From assembly GCA_963580875.1 (NCBI GenBank), contig CAUZMC010000005.1, positions 1 to 58,389 on the forward strand: a DNA stretch of 58,389 bases, read 5' to 3'. Source of the DNA: Dehalococcoidia bacterium (GTDB taxonomy: Bacteria; Chloroflexota; Dehalococcoidia; Lucifugimonadales; UBA2985). The position numbers were made by a program, and so were the translations under genes. Below the pieces are notes generated by a model, which had not been told where the DNA came from, ran no database searches, and was given only the letters and a program-made list of their open reading frames with translations. This document shows, piece by piece, positions 31,612 through 41,281 of the stretch (its first letter is position 1; each line of letters starts with the position of its first letter).

Positions 31612-32712
31612 ATGAGCAAACTATTCACACCCATAAATATCAGAGGCGAAATCATAAGGAACCGCCTGTTCGTAGCTCCAATGTGCCAATACTCCGCTGA
31701 AGAAAAGAACGGCCATCCTACATCATGGCATATGGCTCATTTGGGGAGCAGGGCCGTAGGAGGAGCCGGGCTGGTGATGTTCGAAGCAACTTCCGTAACT
31801 CCTGAAGGGCGGATAACTCCCTGGGACCTGGGAATATGGTCCGATTCACACATAGCCTCATACAAGCCAATAGCGGAATTCATCACATCACAGGGAGCCA
31901 CACCAGCCATACAGCTGGCACATGCAGGAAGAAAAGCATCGCATAACCGCCCATGGTCAGGTAACAAGGCGCTCGGTGATAGTGAAGGAGGTTGGCAGGT
32001 GGTAGGGCCAAGCCCCATACCCTTCAACACGGATGAACCAACTCCACGTGAACTAACCATCGACGAGATTCACCAGATTGGAGACGCATTCGGCTCTGCT
32101 GCAAGGAGAGCCGTTGAATCTGGCATCAAGGTGATAGAACTACATATGGCCCACGGATACCTGGGGTTTGAGTTCCTATCCCCGCTATCAAACCAGAGGA
32201 CAGATATGTACGGAGGCTCTTTTGAAAACCGCACGAGATTCCCAACCGAAATAGTGGACAAAGTACGAAATGCAATCCCAGATGCCATGCCGCTATTCGT
32301 CAGAATATCTAGCACTGAATATATGAACGAGGGATGGGGCATAGAGGACTCAGTGTTGTTCTCAACACAATTGAGAGAACATGGAGTAGATCTTATAGAT
32401 TGTTCTTCTGGCGGCAACTCGCCTTCGCAACAAGTCAAATTATTCCCCGGATACCAGGTGCAATTCTCCGATCAGATTCGCTCCGGAGCCAAGGTGATGA
32501 CTGGCGCGGTTGGGCTAATAACAGAACCCAATCAGGCAGAAGCGATACTGCTAGAAGAGCAAGCAGATGTGATTCTCATGGGACGGGAACTACTGAGGAA
32601 TCCGTACTGGCCACTCTACGCACAGCAAACTCTAGACGAAGAGCCCCCCACATGGGCCAATCAGTATTTACGAGCGGCGCAGATCCAGTCAAGCACTGCA
32701 CCACCCCGCTAA
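31612..32712 (+). CDS. NADH:flavin oxidoreductase / Old Yellow Enzyme (YqjM/NamA class)
   Basis: APMCQYS, QLAHAGRKAS, HMAHGYL, NQRTDMYGGSFENR, GRELLRNPYW and C-terminal QYLRA. Confidence 0.93.
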   Translation: MSKLFTPINIRGEIIRNRLFVAPMCQYSAEEKNGHPTSWHMAHLGSRAVGGAGLVMFEATSVTPEGRITPWDLGIWSDSHIASYKPIAEFITSQGATPAIQLAHAGRKASHNRPWSGNKALGDSEGGWQVVGPSPIPFNTDEPTPRELTIDEIHQIGDAFGSAARRAVESGIKVIELHMAHGYLGFEFLSPLSNQRTDMYGGSFENRTRFPTEIVDKVRNAIPDAMPLFVRISSTEYMNEGWGIEDSVLFSTQLREHGVDLIDCSSGGNSPSQQVKLFPGYQVQFSDQIRSGAKVMTGAVGLITEPNQAEAILLEEQADVILMGRELLRNPYWPLYAQQTLDEEPPTWANQYLRAAQIQSSTAPPR

Positions 32713-32887
32713 AGACATAACTCACCGAGTGTCAAACTGACTTTGGTATTTACAGACGGCACCTTACCACAGGTGTTTACGTCTGTCCGTTTTACATCTA
32801 CGGTCGGACTGGCTGGCAAAGTGGTTGCGGTTGTACAATTTTGCGAAACTGGATAACCCCAAACACCTAGTAACGTTAATAAATGAA

Positions 32888-33463
32888 TCAGTAGTATATG
32901 GCCGATGCCGCTTCAGGCTTCAGCTTATCCATGTATTCTTTGCGGAACTTAGCGACCTTCGGAGCAATTATCACCTGACAGTACGGCTGATACGCGTTCG
33001 TCCGATAGTACTGCTGATGATAATCTTCCGCCACAAAGAATGTTGTTATACTGGCAATCTCAGTCACAAATGGCTGGCCCCATATGTGTGCTGTTTGCAT
33101 CTCAGCAATCACTTCTTCGGCTATGGTCTGCTGTTCCGGAGTGTAAATAAATATAGCCGATCTATATTGCGGACCAACGTCCGGGCCCTGACTGTTCATC
33201 GTCGTTGGGTCATGAATGACGAAGAATATCTTCAAAAGATCCCTATATGAAATAATGGATGGATCAAAGGTAATTCGGACAGCCTCTGCATGCCCCGTAC
33301 GACCACCGCAGACCTGTTCATAGGATGGAGATGGCACATGTCCGCCGACATAGCCAGATTCAATCAGAGCAACCCCTTTAAGCTGTTCGTAAACCGCCTC
33401 CAGACACCAGAAGCATCCTCCTGCCAGCGTCGCTATCTCTCTGTTATTATCATTCATGGACAT
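32888..33463 (-). CDS. msrA: Methionine-S-sulfoxide reductase
   Basis: AGGCFWC, GHAEAV, HDPTT, GPQYRSAIF, AEDYHQQYY and PYC. Confidence 0.96.
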   Translation of the reverse strand: MSMNDNNREIATLAGGCFWCLEAVYEQLKGVALIESGYVGGHVPSPSYEQVCGGRTGHAEAVRITFDPSIISYRDLLKIFFVIHDPTTMNSQGPDVGPQYRSAIFIYTPEQQTIAEEVIAEMQTAHIWGQPFVTEIASITTFFVAEDYHQQYYRTNAYQPYCQVIIAPKVAKFRKEYMDKLKPEAASAIYY

Positions 33464-33614
33464 CTACACTCCTAGCTCAGGTGCATCAAACACAGTTTAC
33501 ATATCATTCAAGCACCAATAGAGACTATAATTATCAACCAAGCGATCCAAATTGGCAATCTCACTCATTAATCCTATCCATAACCGTCATGAACTCTCAG
33601 AAGAGAAGAGGAAA

Positions 33615-33917
33615 TTGAACCAGAACAATCTGTTTGATAATGTTTTCTGGGAAGAGTTTGTGAGTAGTACCAGCGAACTCAGCGACGAATCATACACTCG
33701 CGAGCAGCTTGTGTACCGGTTCCTGGGTCAATATCTTCCTGCACTCCTCGCAGCCAAAACCCAGGAAAACCGAGACCGCGCCTGGAGGGCTCTCTGGAGT
33801 TACATGACATCTCCAGTCACTATGGCAAAGCCCTTCAGCCTATCTTATTCATCGGCTGATGACCTGATAGCAAATATTCAGGAGCAGCTTAGTCGCCTGG
33901 GTATTGAACTCCAGTAG
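33615..33917 (+). CDS. Hypothetical helical protein (100 aa)
   Basis: TTG start after AGAGGA, protein-like composition, and it fills the gap between flanking genes. Confidence 0.65.
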   Translation: MNQNNLFDNVFWEEFVSSTSELSDESYTREQLVYRFLGQYLPALLAAKTQENRDRAWRALWSYMTSPVTMAKPFSLSYSSADDLIANIQEQLSRLGIELQ

Positions 33918-33927
33918 TAAGCTGCAA

Positions 33928-34701
33928 TTAATGCGCTGACAAAAAACTCAGAACACAAGCATTGAAAGCCTGTGGTTGTTCCCGCTGCACCTCATGCCCT
34001 GCTCCAGTGAAGATCTTCAACTCAGACATGGATATTGACTCATGGAGTCTCTTTCCATGTTCGGGATTGACCCAAGGATCGCTTTCACCTTGGATGATGA
34101 GTGTCTGGCACGCAATTCCTGACAGATAATCCCGCACTATATTCCCACCGCTCTGATAAAGACGCTCCGAGGCATTTACATACTCAGCTACCAGTTCACG
34201 CCAGTAAGGATCGCCGTGACTGCGTGCCAGTGCAGCCTGAAACCCTATAGGCAATCTATCAGATGGAGCCCATTCCCGAGTGGTTTTCATAGTCTGTTCG
34301 TCCAGCACCATCAGCCCTCCTATCAAAACCAATGAGCGAACCTTATCCACGTACCTGCCGGCCACCATCATAGCCACAATAGCACCGTCGCTAAACCCGC
34401 AGAGGTGTACGCGTGTCAACCCTAGGTGCCGCACCAAAGCGTCCACATCCTCCGCGTCCCGCTGATGAAAATGCTCGTCGAAGAAATCCCTGTGTCCAGA
34501 TTTTCCATAGCCAAGCAAGTCTGGAACAATCACCTTATAGCTCAAAGAAAACTCGTCTATCTGCTCACGAAAGTGTGCCGTCCCAGTGCCAAGGGCTCCA
34601 TGCAGTAATACCAAAGGATCACCCTCCCCTTGAATTACGCAGTGCAGCCTACCGTGTCCGGTCTGAACATCTATCTCATTTCGTGGAATATTATTTATCA
34701 A
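33928..34701 (-). CDS. Alpha/beta-fold hydrolase
   Basis: LLHGALG, DLLGYGKS, nucleophile elbow GFSDG, GESD and GAGH. Start uncertain (34701 or 34728). Confidence 0.92.
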   Translation of the reverse strand: MINNIPRNEIDVQTGHGRLHCVIQGEGDPLVLLHGALGTGTAHFREQIDEFSLSYKVIVPDLLGYGKSGHRDFFDEHFHQRDAEDVDALVRHLGLTRVHLCGFSDGAIVAMMVAGRYVDKVRSLVLIGGLMVLDEQTMKTTREWAPSDRLPIGFQAALARSHGDPYWRELVAEYVNASERLYQSGGNIVRDYLSGIACQTLIIQGESDPWVNPEHGKRLHESISMSELKIFTGAGHEVQREQPQAFNACVLSFLSAH

Positions 34702-34988
34702 AACAATCTCTCTTAAGTTGGGTTGCACAGATAAACACGAGTGTATTAACGGCTTCCTAAACTGTCAACAGCCAGTCGTTTCTCACAACCGGATACTCTT
34801 CTCAAACCACTTGCGCAAGAAACCCACTAGATAAAACAAGACCCCCACTGTATGATTGAATGTGGAACTCCTACCGATGGAACCGACCTCCAAGCGTATC
34901 AGAGCTTATTCATTTGATCGGCCCCTGTTCTTCAGTCGGCTCTGTGACTACGTTATAATTACAAGGTGGAATTTTTGAGTAACCAATT

Positions 34989-36251
34989 TTGAGCACCGAA
35001 GGGCACCTAGAAGACCAACATACGGCTTCAAATACCTCAATGCCTCACACCTCTGAGCGTCAGTTGCCATATGCTTGGGTGGTGATGGGCAATCTATGGG
35101 GCATGGATCTGGCGAACGTGTTCGTATTCATGTCCATAGGAGTCCTCATACCTATTTGGAAAGATGACCTCGGTATGACCCCACTGCAGGCCGGAATCAT
35201 GGGCTCAGCTGGATTCTTTGGGTTCGGTATCATGGCGCTCCCTGCCAGTATCTGGCTGACAAAATACAACCCCAAGCTTGTCACATTTGTGAGCGCGCTG
35301 GCCATGGCCTGCGCCGCTCTGCTACATGCCGTTGCACCCAACGTAGCGGTACTCATCATTGCCAGATTTGCCTTTGTCGTGTTTGCAGTCAGCAGAATAC
35401 AAATGCAAATTATCTTCATCCAACAATGGTTCCAGCCACGTCTATATGCTGTAATCAACAGCCTTGATTTTAGCAACCGATCTGTTGGGCAAATGATTGG
35501 AATAGCCGCAGCACCATCACTTGTAATACTGCTGGGAGGATGGAGAGCCCTCTACGTGGCAATCGCCATAGTTCTAATACTTTTCTCCATCTTATGGTTG
35601 TTCATTGGCAAAGAACGGCTCCGCACCCAAGCAGAAGGTGGCCCTGCTCCCCAGGTTGGCAGTCCGGCCGGAGTCTTACGCCGCCATAAAATACTGTGGG
35701 TCGTAGCAGCATCCCAGGTTGGAGCGGCAGTGGCCTTCGCATCATTTATGACATTCTATCCCACGTATGCTATGGATCACCTGAACATATCCCTTACCAC
35801 TGTAGGCATCGTCATGGCAGCATTCCCAGTGGGAGGCATCCTAGGTTCCCTCTCTGCTGGCACACTTTCTCAACTCATGGGAAAGAGAAAACCGTTCATA
35901 TGGGGACCAGGATTGTTTCTCCCTGTCTTCTACTTTGCCCTGCTACTAGTGAACTCCGTCCCCCTATCTATGTTACTGCTTTTCGGAGCAGGCATTTGTG
36001 CCATGGCCGTGCCACCTATCCTCGCAACCATCCCCTTAGACATGAAACTCCCTCCCAGAGAAGCAGCGGTATCAATTGGACTGATGCGTACTCTGTTTCC
36101 AATGGGAGCAACTCTTGGTCCTCTGATAGTGGGAGCCATAGAGCAAAGCACAGGCTCTCTGTTCCTAGGGTTAAGTATAGTGTCACCACTGGCTTGCACT
36201 CTTTTCTTTTGTGGCAAATTCCTGCCTGAGACAGGATCCAAAAAACGTTGA
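34989..36251 (+). CDS. MFS transporter (paralog of 12395..13675)
   Basis: Shares TPLQAGI, ALPASIWL, QQWF, RKPF-x-W-x-PG, PRE-x-AV and PETGS with the 12395 protein. Confidence 0.9.
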   Translation: MSTEGHLEDQHTASNTSMPHTSERQLPYAWVVMGNLWGMDLANVFVFMSIGVLIPIWKDDLGMTPLQAGIMGSAGFFGFGIMALPASIWLTKYNPKLVTFVSALAMACAALLHAVAPNVAVLIIARFAFVVFAVSRIQMQIIFIQQWFQPRLYAVINSLDFSNRSVGQMIGIAAAPSLVILLGGWRALYVAIAIVLILFSILWLFIGKERLRTQAEGGPAPQVGSPAGVLRRHKILWVVAASQVGAAVAFASFMTFYPTYAMDHLNISLTTVGIVMAAFPVGGILGSLSAGTLSQLMGKRKPFIWGPGLFLPVFYFALLLVNSVPLSMLLLFGAGICAMAVPPILATIPLDMKLPPREAAVSIGLMRTLFPMGATLGPLIVGAIEQSTGSLFLGLSIVSPLACTLFFCGKFLPETGSKKR

Positions 36252-36369
36252 GACTTCCGTTACATGCAACTAATGGGCTCATGAGAGTCTTGCCATTTAT
36301 CCATACAACTTATCATAATACGACCCATATGCTTCCAATTTACACTATCACTCTAATGGTAAGCTACCA

Positions 36370-37017
36370 GTGTTTATAGACATGCACGTACACTCAAAAC
36401 AGTCCGACGATGCCGGAGGGACTGTAGAGGGATATCTGAAGTGGATCAACGTCCTGCGCAAAAAAGGATATCAGGTGGATGGGCTAGCCCTGACAGAGCA
36501 TAGGAGCTTCGATTTCGACGTAGACTATTCATCCCTGGCGAACCAGTACGATGCCGTAGTCATAAAGGGAGCGGAAATCGAGACCGACCTTGGGCACGTT
36601 CTAGTTTACGGTATAACCCAAAAACTGATGAACCAATTCAACTTCAAAGACATAACCCTTCCTGCTACTGAAGTATACAAAGCTGTCAGAGACACAGGAG
36701 GGTACGCTATAGCCGCACATCCCGGGCGACCCAAAATCGGCCTTTGGCAACACATCCAAAATGGAGCTAAGTTGGATGGCATTCAGACTGTCGAGAGGTT
36801 CAACGGAGGCAGCAACGCTGATGAGAACGACATTGCAGGCCAGGTTGCAAGAAAATATGGGTTTCATTGCGTAGGCGGCAGCGACTCCCACTATGTAAGC
36901 ACAATCGGCAAGTGCATCACCCGCTTTAACAGGCTCATAACCAGCGTTGAGGAGTTGGTAGAGGAGCTTTCCCTGGGAGACTTCGACGCCGCACTGCTTG
37001 AAGATACTAGGGACTAG
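36370..37017 (+). CDS. PHP-domain metal-dependent phosphoesterase
   Basis: DMHVHS, LTEH, GAEI, AHP and GGSDSH. Confidence 0.9.
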   Translation: MFIDMHVHSKQSDDAGGTVEGYLKWINVLRKKGYQVDGLALTEHRSFDFDVDYSSLANQYDAVVIKGAEIETDLGHVLVYGITQKLMNQFNFKDITLPATEVYKAVRDTGGYAIAAHPGRPKIGLWQHIQNGAKLDGIQTVERFNGGSNADENDIAGQVARKYGFHCVGGSDSHYVSTIGKCITRFNRLITSVEELVEELSLGDFDAALLEDTRD

Positions 37018-38027
37018 TCGTTTACGGAAGGTATTCCTTCACGAGCTCTTGGATGCGCTTTCAAGTACTCTTTGCGTGACTGTGCCAAACTGACATGGGT
37101 GTATATTTGCGTAGTCGCTGGAGAAGAATGTCCAAGTAGCTCCTGCACAATACGCAAGTCTGCACCGCCATCCAGCATATGAGTCGCAAAACTATGGCGT
37201 AGCATATGTGGATGCACTTTTGTATCTATGGAAAGCAAGCTGTACCGCTTCACCATTTCTTGTACGGAACGCTTGTTAAGACGATCTCCAAATCTATTTA
37301 GGAATAAAGCCTCAGTTGCTCTATAACCCACAATCAGAGGTCTAGCTTCTTCGATGTACCGTTGTAGCGCCTTCTGAGCAGGTTGTCCCATGACCACCTC
37401 ACGCTCCTTAGATCCCTTACCAATCGCCCTTACAAGTCGACTCTTCAGGTTCAAATCCTTGAGATCTAGGCCGGATAATTCGCTGACGCGAAGACCAGTG
37501 GCATAAAGAAGCTCTAGTATAGCCCTGTCACGAACCTGCATGGCGACTGATTTCGGCTTCCCAATGACGTCCGGATTGTCCGGTGTGACTATGAATTGTT
37601 CAATATCTTCCTTACCAACCACCTTCGGCAGTGGCTTTTCCGCCTTCGGTATAAGGACTCTAGATTGGCGACTCCCACGCTTCCATAGTGGATCTGGAGG
37701 CACTATCCCCTCAGAGCTGAGATAGCGGAAGAAGGAACGAAGGGAAGCAAGATGACGTGTCACGCTGGCCCTATCATGACCGCGTCTCCACTGACCATGC
37801 CCCATTTTTATTGGACGGCTAGACATGAGCCAAGAAACGTATCTCCGCAGAAAGGCACGGTCAACCATGGCAAGAGATTCTACTCCTTGAAGTTCCATAG
37901 ACTGGAAAAAAGGAGTCAGATCATCCAAATAGTTACGCACCGTATATTCAGACAGATTACGCTCTCCACGAAGATGTTCGCTGTATCCCTGAAGATTGTC
38001 TCTTGTCTCAACCAAGACAACACTCAA
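37014..38027 (-). CDS. xerC: Tyrosine recombinase XerC/XerD family
   Basis: Catalytic set TGLRVSEL, GKGSKER, HMLRHSFATH, LLGH and TQIY. Lies immediately downstream of topA. Confidence 0.88.
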   Translation of the reverse strand: MSVVLVETRDNLQGYSEHLRGERNLSEYTVRNYLDDLTPFFQSMELQGVESLAMVDRAFLRRYVSWLMSSRPIKMGHGQWRRGHDRASVTRHLASLRSFFRYLSSEGIVPPDPLWKRGSRQSRVLIPKAEKPLPKVVGKEDIEQFIVTPDNPDVIGKPKSVAMQVRDRAILELLYATGLRVSELSGLDLKDLNLKSRLVRAIGKGSKEREVVMGQPAQKALQRYIEEARPLIVGYRATEALFLNRFGDRLNKRSVQEMVKRYSLLSIDTKVHPHMLRHSFATHMLDGGADLRIVQELLGHSSPATTQIYTHVSLAQSRKEYLKAHPRAREGIPSVND

Positions 38028-40495
38028 ACGGTTCCATCTTCCATATCAGGTTCCACCTCTGATTCTATCTCCGGAATCGCTCCCTTGTACTCACAGGCAG
38101 TGCAACGTGCTCCGTCCTCCACTGATACTACAAGAAGCTTCTCGCATTCTGGGCAGGGCTCTTTAAGAGGTTTTTGATTCAGTAATAAATCACAGGTCGG
38201 CTTGCCTTCAATCAATGGATAATAGTTGGAGCATCCGTAGAAGACAGTTCCTCGTTTTTTGTTACGTCGCGGCATTATATCGCCAGCGCACTTAGGACAG
38301 CTGACCCCAGTTGACGGCATTGGCACTATGTAATTTCTCGCGCCAGGACAGTTAGGGAAGCCTGTACACGACAGGAAAAGGCCAAACCTGCCACGCTTAA
38401 GCACCATTGGTTTTCCGCAGAGTTTGATTTCACGATTCAATTCATTTTCCGTAATGTGCCCCGTATATTCACAGGCGGTGTTACCGTTGCCACCAGTGCA
38501 ACCTGCTAAACCCTCCCCTGATACTACACGAAGCTTCCCACATTCAGGGCAGGGCTCTTGAAGAGGTTTTTGATCCACTGTGAAATCACATGTCGGTTTC
38601 TTTCCAATCAATGGGTAATAGTTGGAGCATCCATAATACATCGGGGCACCCTTTTTGCCTCGTCGCTGCACTATATCACCAGCGCACTTAGGACAGCTAA
38701 CCCCTAGCTCCTCCCGGTCACAGATCTCATCCGTCAGCTCATCTGGTACCGTAACCTTTACTACATTAAGTGTCTCTTCTATGGACTTGGAGAGATCACC
38801 GTAGACATCCCTCAGAACAGGCACCCATTCCCGCTCACCACTAGCAATATTGTCCAGTTCCTCTTCCATCTGGGCAGTGTATGTGGCGTTTATTATGTCA
38901 GGGAAATTTTGAGTTAGAAAGTCACTCACAGTAGATCCCAGAACTGTAATCTTAAAACGTCCATTCAGTTTTGAGACATAGGTTCTCCGTTCAAGAGTTG
39001 AAATGGTTGCAGCATAGGTACTTGGCCTGCCTATACCTTCCTCTTCCAACATCTTGATGAGTGAGGCGTCTGTGAATCTTGGAAGAGGTTGCGTAAAATG
39101 CTGTTTTGGGTCTACTCCAAGGCAGCCCAGAACGTCTTTTTCCTTGAGGCTTGGCAAAGTAGCCTGATCTCCATCATTGGAAGATTCGTCACTGTCCTCC
39201 ATATAAAGCACCCGAAAGCCTGGAAATTTAAGCACGCTGCCAGAAGTCGTAAATAGATACACCTCTCCTGATGGAGCGCTTGCGCTTATATCCAGTGACG
39301 TGGAATCCAGCAAGGCATCTGACATCTGACTGGCAACCATGCGCTTCCATATAAGATCGTACAGCTTGAACTGTTCCGCTGACAGATACTGTTTAAGTTT
39401 CCCCGGAGTTCGCTCCACGTCAGTGGGGCGAATAGCCTCGTGGGCTTCCTGAGCTCCCTTGCTCTTGGAGGGGAAGATCCTTGGCGATTTAGGGGCATAA
39501 TCATCACCGTAGCTCATACGAATAAAATTTATGGTCTCTTGAATGGCCTGAGATGATACTGTTGTGGAGTCTGTACGCATGTACGTTATCAAACCTACTG
39601 GATCATTATCGCCTAGCGGAAGCCCTTCGTAGAGCTTCTGGGCAACCGACATGGTTCTCCATGCAGCAAAATTAAGCTTGCGCCATGACTCTTGCTGAAG
39701 GGAACTGGTGATGAATGGAGCTGCCGGACGCTGTTTAATCTCGCGTTTCTTTACCTTAGTGACCTTGTAGATAGACCCATTCAGATCGGTCACAATGGCG
39801 GCGGCCTCAGATTCCACCGATATGTCCAGCTTCTTTTTTTCTCCATGCAACGAGTGCAGGTTGGCACTGAAGCGGGTATCAACTTCTGAAGCCTTCTCTA
39901 GTTCTACTGCAATGCTCCAATACTCCTTAGGCACAAATGCCTCTATCTTTTTTTCTCTATCAGCGACAAACTTCAAGGCCACAGACTGGACTCTACCCGC
40001 TGAGAGCTGCCTTATTCTTGCATAGTAGTGCGCTACCTTACTCCATAGCACCTCACTTATTCCGAATCCCACAAGTTGATCCATAATGCGACGCGCCTGT
40101 TGAGCATTCACCAGATTTACATCGATGTCTCTTGGCTGCTGAAAAGCCTCGTTGATGGCCTTCTCAGTTATCTCATGGAATACCACACGCTTAAGATTCT
40201 TCTTAGCAAGCCCAGCCACCTCTACAATGTGCCATGCAATGGCCTCACCTTCCCTATCAGGGTCGCTGGCCAAGTATACGGTTGTGGCACCAGCGGAGTT
40301 CTTTTTAATATCCTTGATTATCTTCTCTTTATCTTTAGACACTTTATAGGAGGGCTCAAAATCATTATCCACGTCTACCTTGTCTAGCTCACGCACATGG
40401 CCAACGGAGGCCACAACCACGTAGTCGCTACCAAGATATCTGCCAACTGTCCGAGCCTTGGCAGGGGATTCAACAATAACAAGATTCTTTGCCAT
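38024..40495 (-). CDS. topA: DNA topoisomerase I (type IA)
   Basis: LVIVESPAKA, ASDPDREGEAIAW, SAGRVQS, ITYMRTDS (catalytic Tyr), GIGRPSTYA and C-terminal zinc ribbons. Confidence 0.98.
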   Translation of the reverse strand: MAKNLVIVESPAKARTVGRYLGSDYVVVASVGHVRELDKVDVDNDFEPSYKVSKDKEKIIKDIKKNSAGATTVYLASDPDREGEAIAWHIVEVAGLAKKNLKRVVFHEITEKAINEAFQQPRDIDVNLVNAQQARRIMDQLVGFGISEVLWSKVAHYYARIRQLSAGRVQSVALKFVADREKKIEAFVPKEYWSIAVELEKASEVDTRFSANLHSLHGEKKKLDISVESEAAAIVTDLNGSIYKVTKVKKREIKQRPAAPFITSSLQQESWRKLNFAAWRTMSVAQKLYEGLPLGDNDPVGLITYMRTDSTTVSSQAIQETINFIRMSYGDDYAPKSPRIFPSKSKGAQEAHEAIRPTDVERTPGKLKQYLSAEQFKLYDLIWKRMVASQMSDALLDSTSLDISASAPSGEVYLFTTSGSVLKFPGFRVLYMEDSDESSNDGDQATLPSLKEKDVLGCLGVDPKQHFTQPLPRFTDASLIKMLEEEGIGRPSTYAATISTLERRTYVSKLNGRFKITVLGSTVSDFLTQNFPDIINATYTAQMEEELDNIASGEREWVPVLRDVYGDLSKSIEETLNVVKVTVPDELTDEICDREELGVSCPKCAGDIVQRRGKKGAPMYYGCSNYYPLIGKKPTCDFTVDQKPLQEPCPECGKLRVVSGEGLAGCTGGNGNTACEYTGHITENELNREIKLCGKPMVLKRGRFGLFLSCTGFPNCPGARNYIVPMPSTGVSCPKCAGDIMPRRNKKRGTVFYGCSNYYPLIEGKPTCDLLLNQKPLKEPCPECEKLLVVSVEDGARCTACEYKGAIPEIESEVEPDMEDGTV
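38087..38704 (-). repeat. Internal duplication of the TopA zinc-ribbon block (copies about 38087-38308 and 38461-38704)
   Basis: Both copies read GVSCPKCAGDI...YGCSNYYPLI..KPTCD....QKPL.EPCPEC...TACEY.G with long identical nucleotide runs. Confidence 0.9.
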
Positions 40496-40699
40496 ATATA
40501 TTCACCTTTGGGAAATTAAGTGTTTCGCCCGAGCTTATCGCGTCCTTATATAATTCAGACAGTCAACCTGTAGCACAAACCCTTTTATTTCCATAATAGC
40601 CAGAGAACTTCTGCGCAATAACATTGACAATTCAGAAGGCATTTGTATATCGACTATAACCACTCTAGCATATCACAGCCATATAACAGAATGAATTGC

Positions 40700-40728
40700 T
40701 TGACCACATCTACAGTTAATGGTACTGT
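40700..40728 (+). promoter_or_regulatory. Sigma70-type promoter of the fur/zur-znu operon
   Basis: TTGACC-N17-TACTGT with an extended -10 TG. Confidence 0.5.
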
Positions 40729-40773
40729 GTCTCTGTTCCCATAGCTAAATTTTACAAAATATTCATCAATGAC

Positions 40774-40788
40774 TGAGACAGTGTCTCA
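40774..40788. promoter_or_regulatory. Perfect 7-1-7 palindrome, candidate Fur/Zur operator
   Basis: TGAGACA-G-TGTCTCA; the last A is the A of the regulator's ATG. Confidence 0.65.
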
Positions 40789-41222
40789 TGCAACTTTCCA
40801 TAAAAGCACAGCCGGATCTCCTTGCAACCCTAGAAGACCGCGGGTACCGCGTCACACAACCCAGACGCGAGATCATTGACATGTTGGGAGAGAAACAAGA
40901 GGGATTTAGTGCCAGAGAGATATGCACTGATCTTCCTGGAGTGGGACGAGCCACGGTCTACAGGTCAATCAAGCTCCTGCTAGAGGCCGGAGTTATCTGC
41001 AAGCTTATATTGCCCAACGGCGAGCAAAAATATAGCCTGGCCCGTGGCGAGCACCACCACCATACTATCTGCGTAATGTGTGGGACCGTCGGAGAATTCA
41101 GGGACTCCACTGTTGAACGGGCACTGAAAACCATAGGAGCAGATATCCCGGGAAAGATCGTAGGCCACCGCATGGAATTCTACATCACTTGCCAGGATTG
41201 CCTGGATACTTCCAAGAAGTAG
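40788..41222 (+). CDS. Fur-family metalloregulator (probably Zur)
   Basis: GYRVTQPR, GRATVYRSI, HHHHTICVMCG and CQDC. First gene of a Zn-type ABC operon. Confidence 0.92.
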   Translation: MQLSIKAQPDLLATLEDRGYRVTQPRREIIDMLGEKQEGFSAREICTDLPGVGRATVYRSIKLLLEAGVICKLILPNGEQKYSLARGEHHHHTICVMCGTVGEFRDSTVERALKTIGADIPGKIVGHRMEFYITCQDCLDTSKK

Positions 41223-41281
41223 ACTGCGTGCAAGACATGATATTACCTGTGAAGCCAATGATAGATAAATCTACGTCATTA

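Noticed and set aside
2602-33463. Prx6, Grx, Trx, MsrB, MsrA and OYE as one redox island
   Set aside because: They are scattered over 30 kb on both strands with no shared operator that I could see.
37014-37017. Convergent PHP and xerC stops sharing CTAG
   Set aside because: Four-base overlaps of convergent stop codons are common.
37014-38027. Tyrosine recombinase as a mobile-element integrase
   Set aside because: It has a XerC/D signature, is coupled to topA, and no att sites or cargo are evident.
41189-41281. N-terminal extension of ZnuA overlapping the Fur gene
   Set aside because: The lipoprotein signal peptide begins about 30 codons later; the longer start is an ORF-caller artefact.
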